Part shown: in pieces, positions 39,326-53,045 of the stretch
Layout of the letters: each line of letters opens with the position of its first letter
Position numbering within the stretch: position 1 is the first letter of the stretch
DNA from: Octopus bimaculoides
Lineage: Eukaryota
DNA: 63,667 nucleotides
Direction: 5' to 3'
Assembly (NCBI RefSeq): GCF_001194135.2
Contig: NC_068984.1
Location: 85,789,777-85,853,443, forward strand
Made by a program: the position numbers and the translations under genes
The notes under the pieces: generated by a model
Told to the model about the DNA's origin: nothing
The model's input: only the letters and a program-made list of their open reading frames with translations
Database searches by the model: none

Positions 39326-41091
39326 TTACTACCATCAGTGATACAATCACTGACACTACCACCACTGGTAAGAACAACACTAAAAGTACTATCACCACTG
39401 ATTTAGAATTGTATTGGTGGCAGTGCACACAGTAGTGCACACACACAAAACATGCATGCACACACGTCTACATGTTCAACTATAAAATGTTCTCACCTAT
39501 GAATTCAATACAAAAATGAGTTCCATGGTATATACACTGCCTGTATTGATTATTAAAAACAGCAGGGTGTTGATATAGGCCAGGACATACAAATTATTGT
39601 TAGCTGGGTATTGAAGGTGACATTACAGACAGGCTTTCATATACACTCATTGATCAGAATTAGAATCAGCCATACAATTGTGTGTATATGTGTATGCATG
39701 CCTGTGTGTGTAGGTACATGAATGTATACATAGGTCTGGACACACAAGTATATATGTTGGCTTCTATATGTAAATTTCTATGTAATATTTACTTAGAGCA
39801 GCTTCAGTACCCATGACTTTCATGTACCTTCCCAGGCTGGTAAGAATATTGCCTGCAAGAAAAATATTTGGACAGAAAGGGTTCCAAAATTTTGTGCTTG
39901 TGGGAGAGAGTAGACTGAGTAAAATGTTTAGTGAGGTTGAGAGACAGTAAAGAATGACAAGTGGAGAAGCATATTGGTTAAGAACAGCGAAACTCATCAT
40001 TTAATTTTCACTTTTTCCATGTTTGCAGGGATCAGACGGAATTTGTTGAGGTTGATTTTTTTTTAATGGCTGGATGCCCTTCCTGTCACCTACCCTCACT
40101 TATTTCTAAGTAAAGTAATATTTCCCATGGTCAGACACAAATTTCACAGAAAACTGGAACTGATCAACATTGCTGTATGACAGTGATGCTCAAGACACAC
40201 ACAAGACTTCTTTCAATGTTCATCTACCAAATCCACTTAGTTGGACCAAGGCTATAGTAGAAGACACTTCCCCAAGGTGCCATGCAATGAGACTGAACTT
40301 GAGACCATATGGTTTTTGAAAAGCAAGCTTCTCGACCACACAGTCATACCTGCAACTACAACTCAATCTGCTTTTGAAGGGTACTCACTCTCTGATTGGA
40401 GACAAGTACAAATATATGACACCTGATGACTGTTGGGGACCAAGCTGTTTGAAATGTGTTTTCCCACATGCATGGAAAAGAGGAGATCAAACACCTTGAA
40501 ATAAGAACTGGACAATGTGATATCAAGAGTAAGATATAGTTTCTAATGGACATCATCTAATCAAGCAATGAGCAACAACAGCTGTTCAGTAAAATACTAC
40601 AGGTGCTATGATTGATATTTAGTATAGATTTATTAATGGTTTTTTGTTAACTTGGTGCTAACTCAGTCAATAAGAGATATTTCATGTTTGTTTCTTTGCA
40701 TGAAGACAAACTGATAGAAAAGGAAGTATGAACAAAATAGTGTAGGCGTTGAGACTAAAGTAACTCAGCAAGCAAGAGGGACAACTACACTGGTTTCAAG
40801 ACATGTAATATAAATGGTGGAGGTATGTTGGATAAAGAATAACATTAGAATTGGTAGCGATAGATAGATAATGGCAAAAAATGAAGTAAAAGTCGATTGG
40901 AAAAGTAGGTAGGTAAGACTTGCAATAATAGCATTTTGACTCAAAATTGAGAAACATGAAGTATTCTACAGTGCAGTAAACTCAGTCAACCCATTCATGC
41001 ATATAGGGAAATATGTATTAGATGACTGAGGAAGTGATGCTGATGTCAATGAATTAACAACATGATGATAACAGAGGCAGTGATAATACAG

Positions 41092-41570
41092 TTCTATATT
41101 TAAGAGATGAGGAATTATGTACATTATTTACATTTGATGGATATTTGTCCTCCTCTTGTTTGTTGTTAACACATTTCAGCTGATATACCCTCCAGCCTTC
41201 ATCAGGTGTTTTGGGGAAATTTCAAACCTGGGTTCTCATTCCTAAGGTATTTTCATTCCGAAAGTATGCCTACAGGCATATGGTGTAATGGTTAAGAGCG
41301 CGGGCTACTAACCCCAAGATTCTGAGTTCGATTCCAGGCAGTGACAATAATAATAATAATAACAACAACAACAACAACAACATCGAAAAATACCTTAGGA
41401 ATGATAACCCAGGTTCGAAATTTCCCCCAAGACACCTGATGAAGGCCAAAACATGTTAACAACAAAACAAGATGGGGNNNNNNNNNNCCCCAAGACACCT
41501 GATGAAGGCCAAAACGTGTTAACAACAAAACAAGATGGGGGCAAATATCCGTCAAATGTAAATAATGTAA
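41092..41570. mobile_element. Composite repeat: inverted pLTR-like arms with degenerate hammerhead cores flanking a tRNA-like head
   Basis: 41100-41255 is the reverse complement of about 41385-41570. Between them is a tRNA-like segment (A box TGGTGTAATGG 41281-41291, B box GTTCGATTC 41326-41334) and (AAT)n(AAC)n. CTGATGA cores lie at 41205-41199 (-), 41436 and 41499 (+). Confidence 0.6.
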
Positions 41571-43647
41571 AAAAAAAAAAAAAAAGGCAGTGATGACAAT
41601 CACAATAATGATGACAATAAGAATGACATTAGCAATGACAATAATTGTAGCAACATGCAATAAATAAAAACCAAGCCTCCCTCAAATCATACTGTAGCAA
41701 CTTGAAAAAACAAAAAAGAGAAGAAAAAAAGGTCACACTGGATATCAGAGTCCTAAATACACAGCCTGAAATACAGGTAGGATGGTCAATTCTGGATTGC
41801 CTTGATCATAGATTTATTCAATCAGCACTCATCTGGGATTAAGCAACAACAGTGACATTGACAACAGCAGCAGCAGTGACAATAATTAGGATGCTCGTAA
41901 TTAGGATGACAATGATGAAAATGGTAGCAATGACCATGATGACAACAATAATAACAGCACTACCCATCCACCTCCTCTCTTTCACACACACACACATACA
42001 GCCATGAGAAAATCAGTGAAGAAGATCAGACATCTTCATACTTCTGCTACTCCCCATTTTCTGAACTCATTGGTACATGGAGTAAAAGTAATAAAAAACA
42101 AACTTTACAGTCAACAACTGAACCATAGAGTATTATGTTTGTTGTCGGCTGTATCAACAACACAAACATAATGTCAATAACTGTATCACACAATCTTGTG
42201 TTGCTGTTGGTAGTTTTTGATTTAGAGAATTTAATGATACCAAATGTCAGAGAGAGAGGGGGAGGAGAGAGAGCAGGAGAGAGAGAGAGAGAGAGAGCAA
42301 GAGAGATAGGGAGAGAGAGAGATGTTGAGAAAAAGAGAAAACTGAGAGCATGCAACAAAAAGAAGTCTGAAAGAGATTATACGTGTGTGCACTGAAAAGT
42401 GGAAGAAGACAAAAACAAAAAGAATTTGAGATTGAAAAAATGAGAAAATGATCTGTGAATGTGAATGAAAGAGAGAGAGAAACAAAAAGAAAAAAAATTG
42501 TAACAAAGTGATAATGAAAAAATGAGATTGCTTAATTGTTTATTAGACAGGTTGTTAATTAAAGAAGAGAGAAAAAATATAGGACAAAAATAATTGAAAA
42601 AAAAAAGCAAAGCTACTTCTCATATATTTAGTGTTCCACATTGATTTTCTCATAATGTTATGGGTGGGACAGTTGATTTGTTTGGAGCAAGTGTCTTACA
42701 CATGGACGCCTCTAGCTATTGCTGTAAACCATTCAGCCATGCAGTAAGGAATTGATTTTTAGGTTTTGAGGCTTTTTTTTATGAGTTGGTCAGAGCAACG
42801 AGGGTAGTGTCAATGACATTTGCAAGCACCACTGAACATTTTGTAGGCCAATGTCTATAAGAGAAACCATGAGCAAGGAAGGGACCACAGGAGGTCTGGT
42901 GTGAATGCTTACAATAAAGAGAACTTTGCTAAAAGCACCCAAGGACCAAGTAAATGGTAGTGGTATTAAAATGGATGGTGGTTCAGCCAACAGTGTCGTA
43001 AGTGGATGTTTATGTATGTGTGCTTATTGGCACAAACTAGAGCAAGCAGAGTTAGGTGCCTTACTCCATGGGGCCAAAACACATGACTGAAGTAACATAT
43101 GACTTGATTATGGAAACAAAAGTTTGACATCTCGACTATATAGCCATTAGTACTTCATAATTATAATGTACTACATACTGGGAATCAAATCCAAACCACC
43201 AGGCTAATAGCCAGGGATATCTTTCTTTTATTTGTTCCAATCATTGGATGGTGGCCATGTTGGGGCACCACTTTGAAGAGTTTTGTAGTCAAACAAATCA
43301 ACCCTGTACTTAGGTTTTTTAAAATCTTTTCTCTTTGAAAGTCTGGTACTTAATCTATTATCAGTCACTTTTGCTGAATGACTAAGTTTGGAGAAGTAAA
43401 CAAACCAAGACTGGTTGTCAAGTGGTGAGGAGGGGTGTCATACATACACACAATGAGCTTCCAGAGTTTCCATCTGCCAAATTCATGCACAAGACATTGG
43501 TTGATTTGGGGTTCTTAGAGAAGATACTTGCCCAACATGTCATGCAGCTGGACTGAACTAGAAACCACGTGGTTGAAAAGAGAGCTTCTTAATTACACAG
43601 CCATATAAAATACCGTATAATCTACCTACATACACACTTGTGTGTGC

Positions 43648-43681
<34 letters not shown>

Positions 43682-45062
43682 ATGTGCATGTGAACATGCT
43701 TTCAAAATGGCCAATTCACTCTATCATTATACAGACTACGTGTGGCAATTTAGGTGACAGGTGACAAATTTTGGGGTTTGAAGAATCACACACAAAGAGG
43801 AATCATCAAAGAACTCTAAAAGGATAAATAAAATCTAATTATGCATATACTCTGTAGCGTTTCTCACACTTTTACTCTAGAACGTGTGTGTGTGTAGGCA
43901 GGGTATTCAATAGTTATGAAAGGAAGTCTATTATTCAAGAAAGTACTCAACACATAGTATTTCATTCTTAGTAACACTAAATATGTTTCATATATGTCAT
44001 CATTATCATCATTTTGCATCTGTCTTCCATGCTGGAATGGGTTCAACAGGTTCAAGAGAAGTTGGCAAGCCAGAGGACTGCACCAAGCCCCACTATCTGT
44101 TTTGGCATGCTTCATATCAACCGCATTACAGAGTGCTTTTTATGTAGCACCAGCTCTGGTAAGGTCTGTTTGGCATAGTTTTTACGACTGTATGCATATA
44201 TGTGTGTGTGTATGTGCGCATGCGCATAAACACAGTCATTATTTATTCATTTGTTTGTTTGCTTGTTTGATTTTACATTTGATTTTCCATGCTAGCATGG
44301 CTTACATCAGGCATAAGCAACCTTTTACAAGAAGCAGGCCGCATGAGACATGGCTCATCATAAGACAAACTACTAAAAAAAATTGAAGGTAATTTTTTGT
44401 TAGGTGCGCCATTCAGATAACCAAACAAGCCACAGGTTACCTATAATTGGTTTAGCTGATTATGATACTAAGGTATCGTTTTACAAACAGATGCCCTTCC
44501 TGTTGCTAAGCCTTGCCTATTTTCAAGTAAGGAATCTCATTCCATAAGTCTTGGAAGTACAAAACCTAACTGATGATTTGTTGTCAAGTATAGCAACAAC
44601 ATCACTATTTCTAGCTCATCGAGTTTTGGAGAAGTGCAGATGTAAACACATACACACATAAAAGACTTCTTTCAGTTTCCATCTACCAAATCCACTCACA
44701 AGATTTTGGCCAGTCTAGGACTATTGTAAAAGACACTCCTCCAAAAGGTGTCACACAATGGGACTGAACCACCAAACCTTATGGTTGTGAAGCGAACTTC
44801 TCAACCACACAACAATGTCTGCACAGACACATATATAATATATAACGAAGGTTAGAGTTTGCAATATTTTTATTTAATTGTTGACAACTGTTTCAACAAT
44901 TCCTTGATGACTAATCTTGCATCATGTTTATAAACATGTCTATTATCTTCAATTGTAATTAGTGGATCTTCAGCTTATATGGAACATAGGGGGATATCCC
45001 ACTCACAATTTCAGACAGCTACTGTTTGTAGATGTGCTTCCCAAGATAAATGCCTGACTGCA

Positions 45063-45094
<32 letters not shown>

Positions 45095-48000
45095 TATTGG
45101 AGGCAGAAGCAGTATTTGTGCCAAAAGGTAATATTTATCCCACTTAACTGGATGTTGTATTAAAACACAGAATACTATGATAGTTACCATAAGAGAATCT
45201 CTCAAATGGCCTTTTGGTGAATATAAGCACTCATTTACATCACTAGCAGGAGATAAATCACCTGCTATCTCCACCGACGAGACTACCCGATCATTTTATT
45301 TTGGCTCTCCTTGGCTTTGTCAATGGTAGACACTCAACCGCTGGAGTTAACAGCAATGTCTCTGCTATACATAGAACCACAGGGCCTAATCAGGCATTGG
45401 TGTCATGAACAGCCAGTGGGTTAATTAAAAGATAATTCTTAACAACAGAAGCAGTGTACTTCTATAACTAAACCATTCAAGGTGATGCGCCAACATGACC
45501 ACAGTCCAATGACTGAAACAAGTAAAAGGTAAAACAACACAAACACACAAACTTTAATTGAAGCTGAAATTACACAATGATAGCTCTCAGTTTCATCTTT
45601 TAGCTCATCAGGCTGTAGTAATATAAGGTAGAACATTCATTTATATAAATATAACTTGGGAAGTCAAGCAATATTCAAAATTGTTGTGGATAGGGTTTGT
45701 AAGAAAAGGTGTCACATTGGATACAGGGCACGGGATGCGTGGGGGAGGGAAGGGATTGGAGAAATGAGAGAATGAAGGAAAGAAAGAAGTGGGAACTGGG
45801 GAAAGAAAAAGTGAGGATATAACAAGAACTGTGGAGAATGAAGTGTAAAAAGGAGACAGCAGCAAGATATAAAATAGTTATAACAAAGAAAAAAAATGGA
45901 AAAAAAATAAGTGGATGTAGTAAAAAGAAAGAAAACTGTAACAAATAAGTAGAGAGAGATATTAGAAAAAAGAAAAGAACACTAGATTATTGAATGGTCA
46001 GTTAGTGGATCAGTAAGAATTTGGTTAGCAAGTGATATGAGAACAGAAACAGGAACCATAGTAATAAGCAGTTAGATCCCCTTTGAAAGCTGAGTAGAAG
46101 TCAGCAGGATATGAGACTGGCACTCTTACCTTCCCTTTGAAACATTGTTTCGTTCTCATCTCCACATGAATTCGTCCTACGTCGCTTGAACTTAAAGTGG
46201 CCTGTAGGAAATTTAGGGTGGAAAGAACAGACAAAATTTTGACTTTAAACTGAGTTTGTAGCAAAAGCTTTAAAACGATGAATATAATAGTTCTTTGAAG
46301 CAGAACCAATAGAGGTTTTCTGTTTGATATATTTGAAAACTGATAAATAGATATATATAACCTAAGGCTTTATATTTCATTTGAGTAATAGCTGCACTAA
46401 TCAATGTGATTTCCAGTGAGAAATGTATTGCACTTCTTTTAAATTTTGGATTGTACTGTTCACAAATGAATGTTAAGTGTGTGCACATGCACACATGTGC
46501 ACACACACACTCACACACATATATAAGCATCCAGTATACACAATAGAGTGACTGGCATTAAAAAGGGCATCCAGTCATTAAAAAAGCATGCAGAAGTAGA
46601 CAGTGGAACATAATGCAATCTTTGAACCCATCATTTCCTGTGAAGTCATCCAACTCACACGAGCAAGAAATATGGACATTAAGTTATGATGATGAAATAC
46701 ACACATACTGTAAAGCTGTACCTGCTTTGGCTAGCAATGAAAAAGAGAATTACATCTTGGAAAAGCCTTTTAGCCCATTTAAACATATTTCAAAGCTGCT
46801 ATATTCACTTTTCATTTATTAATAATAGTGCAGTTTACTTTGACATAATAGACATTACTATGTCTAAAAGTTTCATTACACTTATATGATCCAGTTGCCA
46901 ACTGGGGTTTATTAACATTCCATAATAAACTGTACTATTGAAAAAAATAAATGTGCAGTAAATATAAGTCTGGGTATTCTTAACTAGCTAAAATTATTCT
47001 CCACATCATCATGTGTACATACTCACTCACTCAGACACACACATGAATTGAAAACATTCAAATATCTCGGATATGAAATGTAACAAAAATCAGTGCTGGT
47101 TATAATTTCTATAGAATATCTGTAGAGATAACCTTAACAAGAAATGTAATGCGCACTGTTAACACAGTAGAACACGGTATTGACTTATAAAAACGTTTAA
47201 TATACTTCATAGTATATTATGGCTGCATAACAAAATACTGTGCCCATACAAGTCATTGATATTCAAATATCTATTCGCATAATGAGAGAAAACTTAGGCA
47301 GTGAGGTAGCTATAAAACCCACAATACTTAGTTAACATTAGTAGTATTTCTTGCCTTCTTCCATTAAGTTATTCCTAACCCATGCATCCATTTTCGCCAT
47401 GCACCCTTCCTAGGAGGGTTGTGAAGGCAGAGTCCTTAGGCACCTCCTCCATAGATCCTATCAGAAGCAACTGTCATTACATTGTCCATTATTCCGAATT
47501 TTTATATAAATCTCACGCACCTGCACGTGTATGCAGAAAATGTAGCAACATCATGAAATATCACATTGGAGAAAACAGTCACCAAATGTTCAATAGGAAA
47601 CTGACTCTATGACATTCTCTTGCCTTATCAAAGACTAGAGACAGTAGCTTTGAATATTTTGACTTGACTAAAATAATCAACTATAAATATCTCTCTTCTA
47701 CTTTGTGTCTATGTGGTTTGATTTAACTGCAATTTGATGGGCTGGATTCTTAACACTCACACACAAAATCATCATCATCATCAGCATCATGGATGACTGG
47801 AAACAAAAGAAACCACATTGACATTCGCTTATAATCATCACATGAAGTCAAGGCAGACACATTCACATTCACACACACACACACACACAACAGCTTTCTA
47901 TCAGTTTCTGTCAACTAAATCCACTCACAAGGCTTTAATTGGTCTGGGGCCATAGTAGAAGATACTTGCCACACAATGGGACTGAACCCGAGACCATATG

Positions 48001-48857
48001 GTTGGGAAGCAAACTTCTTATCAAATAGCCATGCCTGTATGTGTGTGCATATATATTCATAAACACACATGCACACACACACACACACAGATGTGTGTGT
48101 GTATATATATGTACAGTACATTAAATGTTGCACAGTAAGTTGATTAGCTGGAAACCTTTAAACAGTGCCCTTTTCTAGAGAACTGCTCTCTGAATACGAG
48201 TGTCTAACACAATTTATTGCATAACATTACAGCCTTATATAACATTATCATCTTTAACCCTAGAATTACGAAACCCAATTTTACAGGGTAATGTGAATTA
48301 TGGCATAGAAATTTTCATCCGACATACTTTTTCCACTTCAGAATCATCAAACACATACTTGGAATCTTTAAAGACTCATCCCACCCTACTCAGAAATTCT
48401 TATGTAATTGAAGCATGTAGCTGCTAGTATTAAAGTGGTATAACAGCTGGTATTGTACTGAAATACTGTAATGGGCTGTATAGATACTAATCAGTCCTGT
48501 GTTAGTTATACAATATGAATGCAGGCATGAAAGTGTTCCAGAAGTTCAGTTCAGAAGCACATAGTTCTGTGTTAGTTTCCATTGTGTTCGGTATCTTACA
48601 TGAGTGTCTTCTCAGATAGTCTAATGCCTTCTGCATGAAATTTGGTACACAAATTATATATCATCATCATCATCATTTAACATGTTTTCCATGCTCACAC
48701 ACACACACACACACACACACACAACTCATGTGTGTGTGTGTATGTGTGTGTGAGTGATTTTTCTTTTTTTAGTTTTATTTAAGAGAGTTCAAGCCAGTTA
48801 CTAACAAAGTAACAAAGCTTTCAGAGACAGGTAAGTTCCCAGTGTTTGTAAATATGT

Positions 48858-48900
48858 GGTTGAGCTGGTATGCCGGTTGAGCTGGTATGCCGGTTGAGCT
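48858..48900. repeat. 17-bp tandem repeat x2.5 (ggttgagctggtatgcc)
   Basis: Exact copies at 48858 and 48875, partial copy at 48892. Confidence 0.9.
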
Positions 48901-51715
48901 GTGGATTCACACACAAACCCAAGTGTGTGCATTTACTCACCTAAAGAATCTCAGATGAGAATCTTTGGAATGTTTTACAAATTGTGCCACTGATAGATGG
49001 CATTTGGAGAATCCACATCAGTTTCTTTTGCTCTTTCTTTGAAAAAGCTAGTATTTCTAGGTTTTTGTCTAAATTTGTAGGTATATAGCCTCATGCACCT
49101 AGGCACAAATGATAGGTATAAGAGCCATAAGTTCCACATTAATTCACCATGCATGATGCATGCATATATGTGTATATATGTATGGTCAGAAGTGTGGTTA
49201 CGTGGGAAGAAAGTTCACATCATAATCATGTGTTTTGGGTTCTATCCCACAACTTGTCATTTTGAGAAAATATTGTTTGACATAGTCTCAGGTAAATCTA
49301 AGCCTTGAGAGTGAAATTTGTTAGGAAGAACTCATGTAGTAGCCTATCAGGTGTAGCAAGTATTCAAGACACCAGGCCTCCTATCAGAAAATATCTTCCT
49401 TCCTCCCTCCCTTCTTCCTTCACATCAGACTCAGAGCCCCTAAAAAAAGGACATTGGACTGTCCTTCCTCCTCTGATTAATTAACAAACAAAACAAACAA
49501 ACAAAAACCTGAAGGCTTATTCTTCTGTCAGAAAGCCAGTCAATTAACTGCATAACACTATCATTTGTAAACTACACTAATATCCTTTTATACAGAACTC
49601 CTGAGTATTGTCTGCTCCAGCAATATAAAAAAAAAAAAAGAAATTTTAAAAAAATGGGTTTAGAGCCAAGAAATATATTAGAAAAATCAGCAAGGATATT
49701 TCAGTTTGCAACATTTTTTTCACACCATGCTTATGTATATATAGAAATGTTCAATGCCATGCGTGTAGGTAAAGATTTTATGCCATGCTTCACAAAATAT
49801 ATTTCATGCTTCACGTATTTCAATATAAATGTTGTGATTTTATGGCATGCTTCACACAAACAAGTTACAGCCAAAAATAAAATAACCAAGTTATATTTTT
49901 TACTCAACATCTTTATATATATATGATGATATATATANNNNNNNNNNNNNNNNNNNNNNNNNNNNNNNNNNNNNNNNNNNNNNNNNNNNNNNNNNNNNNN
50001 NNNNNNNNNNNNNNNNNNNNNNNNNNNNNNNNNNNNNNNNNNNNNNNNNNNNNNNNNNNNNNNNNNNNNNNNNNNNNNNNNNNNNNNNNNNNNNNNNNNN
50101 NNNNNNNNNNNNNNNNNNNNNNNNNNNNNNNNNNNNNNNNNNNNNNNNNNNNNNNNNNNNNNNNNNNNNNNNNNNNNNNNNNNNNNNNNNNNNNNNNNNN
50201 NNNNNNNNNNNNNNNNNNNNNNNNNNNNNNNNNNNNNNNNNNNNNNNNNNNNNNNNNNNNNNNNNNNNNNNNNNNNNNNNNNNNNNNNNNNNNNNNNNNN
50301 NNNNNNNNNNNNNNNNNNNNNNNNNNNNNNNNNNNNNNNNNNNNNNNNNNNNNNNNNNNNNNNNNNNNNNNNNNNNNNNNNNNNNNNNNNNNNNNNNNNN
50401 NNNNNNNNNNNNNNNNNNNNNNNNNNNNNNNNNNNNNNNNNNNNNNNNNNNNNNNNNNNNNNNNNNNNNNNNNNNNNNNNNNNNNNNNNNNNNNNNNNNN
50501 NNNNNNNNNNNNNNNNNNNNNNNNNNNNNNNNNNNNNNNNNNNNNNNNNNNNNNNNNNNNNNNNNNNNNNNNNNNNNNNNNNNNNNNNNNNNNNNNNNNN
50601 NNNNNNNNNNNNNNCAACAAGATTCTTATAAAATATATTGTACATATTTCCTTAAGTAAAAATCCCTCCATACAGACAAAGGTGTGAACATCATGTCATG
50701 CATTCAAGTCCATATGCAAATGAGTTTACAAGAATGAGCATATATGATTAAACTGTAGTTTGAAGAAAAGCAAATGCTGTCTTTTATTGCTTAGCAACAA
50801 GTTAGCTCTGATCAAGCAGAGCTATAATAAGAGGTAGTCCAACCAAGTAAGACCATCCCCACTGTCCATTGTTATCTTTTACTTAAAATAGTAGGATGTA
50901 GTTTGAAGGAGATTTGACTTATTTCTACCAGGGCAGGTGATGACATAGTGGCTGCCTTGTTGGATTGTGAAGATATTAGGAAAGAGAGTTCAAACTTCAG
51001 TAGTTGACAAAATATCTTAGTTTCATGTAAGCCAGTTATTTCTACATAGTCAGTGAAAAGATAGGAAGAACTAATGTATAATATTAATAAGATTGCTATA
51101 GCTCAAATATGCTGAAGATCTTTATAAATTAACCCTTTTTATATTAACCTGCCTAAGTAAGGCTATTCTTGGTTTGTTCACGTTCTAAAGTGTTCATATT
51201 TAAACTAAATCTTTCATTATAATTTTATTTAAGAAACTTTACTAAACACCAATGTAATAATGAAGAGTTACTTATTTTACAAAAACTCTCTAAATTGTTG
51301 ATTATTTTCAGTATTAATTGAAATACATAAGCATATTTCATAGGTAACATGCTAATGAAAGAGATTAACTGGCAGATATCAACTTGTGTCACTATTTAGT
51401 GAGCATGACTCATTAAAATGAATCTGTGAAGAAATTCTAAAATCGGCAAATATGTTTTCAACCCAGATCTTCGAAAAGGGCTTCTGATAATTCTTAGTAC
51501 CTTTCTTTAAAAAAAAAGATGGGTCAGTACATAAAAAAACAATAATACATGGCACTGTGTAAATGGAGCCTGATAAAAAAAAAAAGAAAAATGAATTAAA
51601 TCGATTACACACAATATCACATGGGCAATACATAAGTAATATGTAAGTAATACCACTACCTTTGTGAATAAAAATCATTATAAAATATAGAATATAAGAA
51701 GAAAATAATGAAAAA

Positions 51716-51756
<41 letters not shown>

Positions 51757-53045
51757 NNNNNNNNNNNNNNNNNNNNNNNNNNNNNNNNNNNNNNNNNNNN
51801 NNNNNNNNNNNNNNNNNNNNNNNNNNNNNNNNNNNNNNNNNNNNNNNNNNNNNNNNNNNNNNNNNNNNNNNNNNNNNNNNNNNNNNNNNNNNNNNNNNNN
51901 NNNNNNNNNNNNNNNNNNNNNNNNNNNNNNNNNNNNNNNNNNNNNNNNNNNNNNNNNNNNNNNNNNNNNNNNNNNNNNNNNNNNNNNNNNNNCAATCAGA
52001 ACCAATCACGATGACCATGCCAATTCTATACACAGTATTATATCCTCATCTCTCTCTCTCTCTCTCTTTTCCACACACACACAAACACATATCTATGAGG
52101 ATTCTTTAGCCTGTATAGCACCAGAAACCTTACTAATGCTGGTGTCATTACAAAATGCATCCAGTATACTCTGTAAAATTGTTAGGAAAAGCATCCTGGC
52201 AAAGAAACCATGCCAAAAATGGTATGTACAAAAAAAAAAAAAAATGTAGTCCTCCAAGATAACTAGGAGGGCAGTATATCCAAATATGAAATGACTTAGA
52301 CAATAACAACCTGTCAAAACCATGCCAGTATAGAGAGTGGACATAAAAATGATGAAGAAGAAGAGGGAGATGAGGATGATGATGACAAGAATGATGATAT
52401 TTAAAGGCTTAGTCAGAGAAAGAAGAGTGGCGCCCATTATCTTTTTCAGGACCTCCATGACTAGTAAGAAGTAGTTAGCTTCAAATTGAAGACCTAACTT
52501 CAATGTTGCTTGCAACAGAGTGGACTTCATAAAAGGAAATCACGGACCACATGTGGTAATGTTCAACAGGGTGACACATTAAGTTTACCACCCCAGTTCA
52601 GAAACAGTCCTTTGACAGGCTTCAACACAGTTTCTATCTATCAAATTTAACTCACAAAATTTTAGTCAACCCAAGGCCAAGTTAGAAGATACTTACTCAA
52701 GATAGTGCATTGAACCTTAAAGCATGTAGTTGCAAAGCAAAATTTTTAAACACCCAACTATGCCTGTACCCATCTATATAAATAAATGTACAGCAATAGA
52801 TGTTCAAGGGTAAAATATTCATAAAATTTACAGTTTTTAATCTCTATTGAAGGACTACATAATTCAGTTGTTTCAAATAATAATCTGGAATATTCCATGA
52901 ACAATATTCAATGGCCAACAACAATATTTCCTACTTTAGAAAGGACATGCAAATGACAAGAGATTTGAAAGTGATAAACAAATGCATAATGAGTCAATGA
53001 AATACAATGATAGGCAACTATTGTGGAAGCAAACAGATAGATATA

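Noticed and set aside
41275-41345. Possible tRNA gene
   Set aside because: A and B boxes are present, but the acceptor and anticodon stems pair poorly and the segment runs into a repeat body, so it is a SINE head.
41428-41535. About 46-bp direct duplication either side of a 10-N gap
   Set aside because: Most likely unmerged contig overlap; the two copies differ at only one or two bases. It was not counted as a real tandem hammerhead dimer, though long reads should confirm.
42905-43090. 61-aa ORF MLTIKRTLLKAPKDQ...
   Set aside because: Short, overlaps repeat-like sequence (gagcaagcagagttaggtgccttactc resembles a SINE central block), and has no supportable homology.
45188-45364. Candidate extra PI4KB exon (EIAGDLSPASDVNECLYSPKGHLRDSLM|gt)
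   Set aside because: All frames from the nearest acceptor contain stops, and the phase-0 donor does not fit the phase-1 downstream exon. An alternative first exon cannot be excluded without RNA data.
45575-45615. - strand CUGAUGA...GAAAC hammerhead-like spacing
   Set aside because: Helix II barely pairs, there is no NUH triplet with a helix III partner, and there is no helix I complement.
49720-49860. Recurrent CATGCTTCAC-like motif (3-4 copies)
   Set aside because: Irregular spacing in low-complexity AT-rich DNA next to a gap; insufficient support for a functional array.
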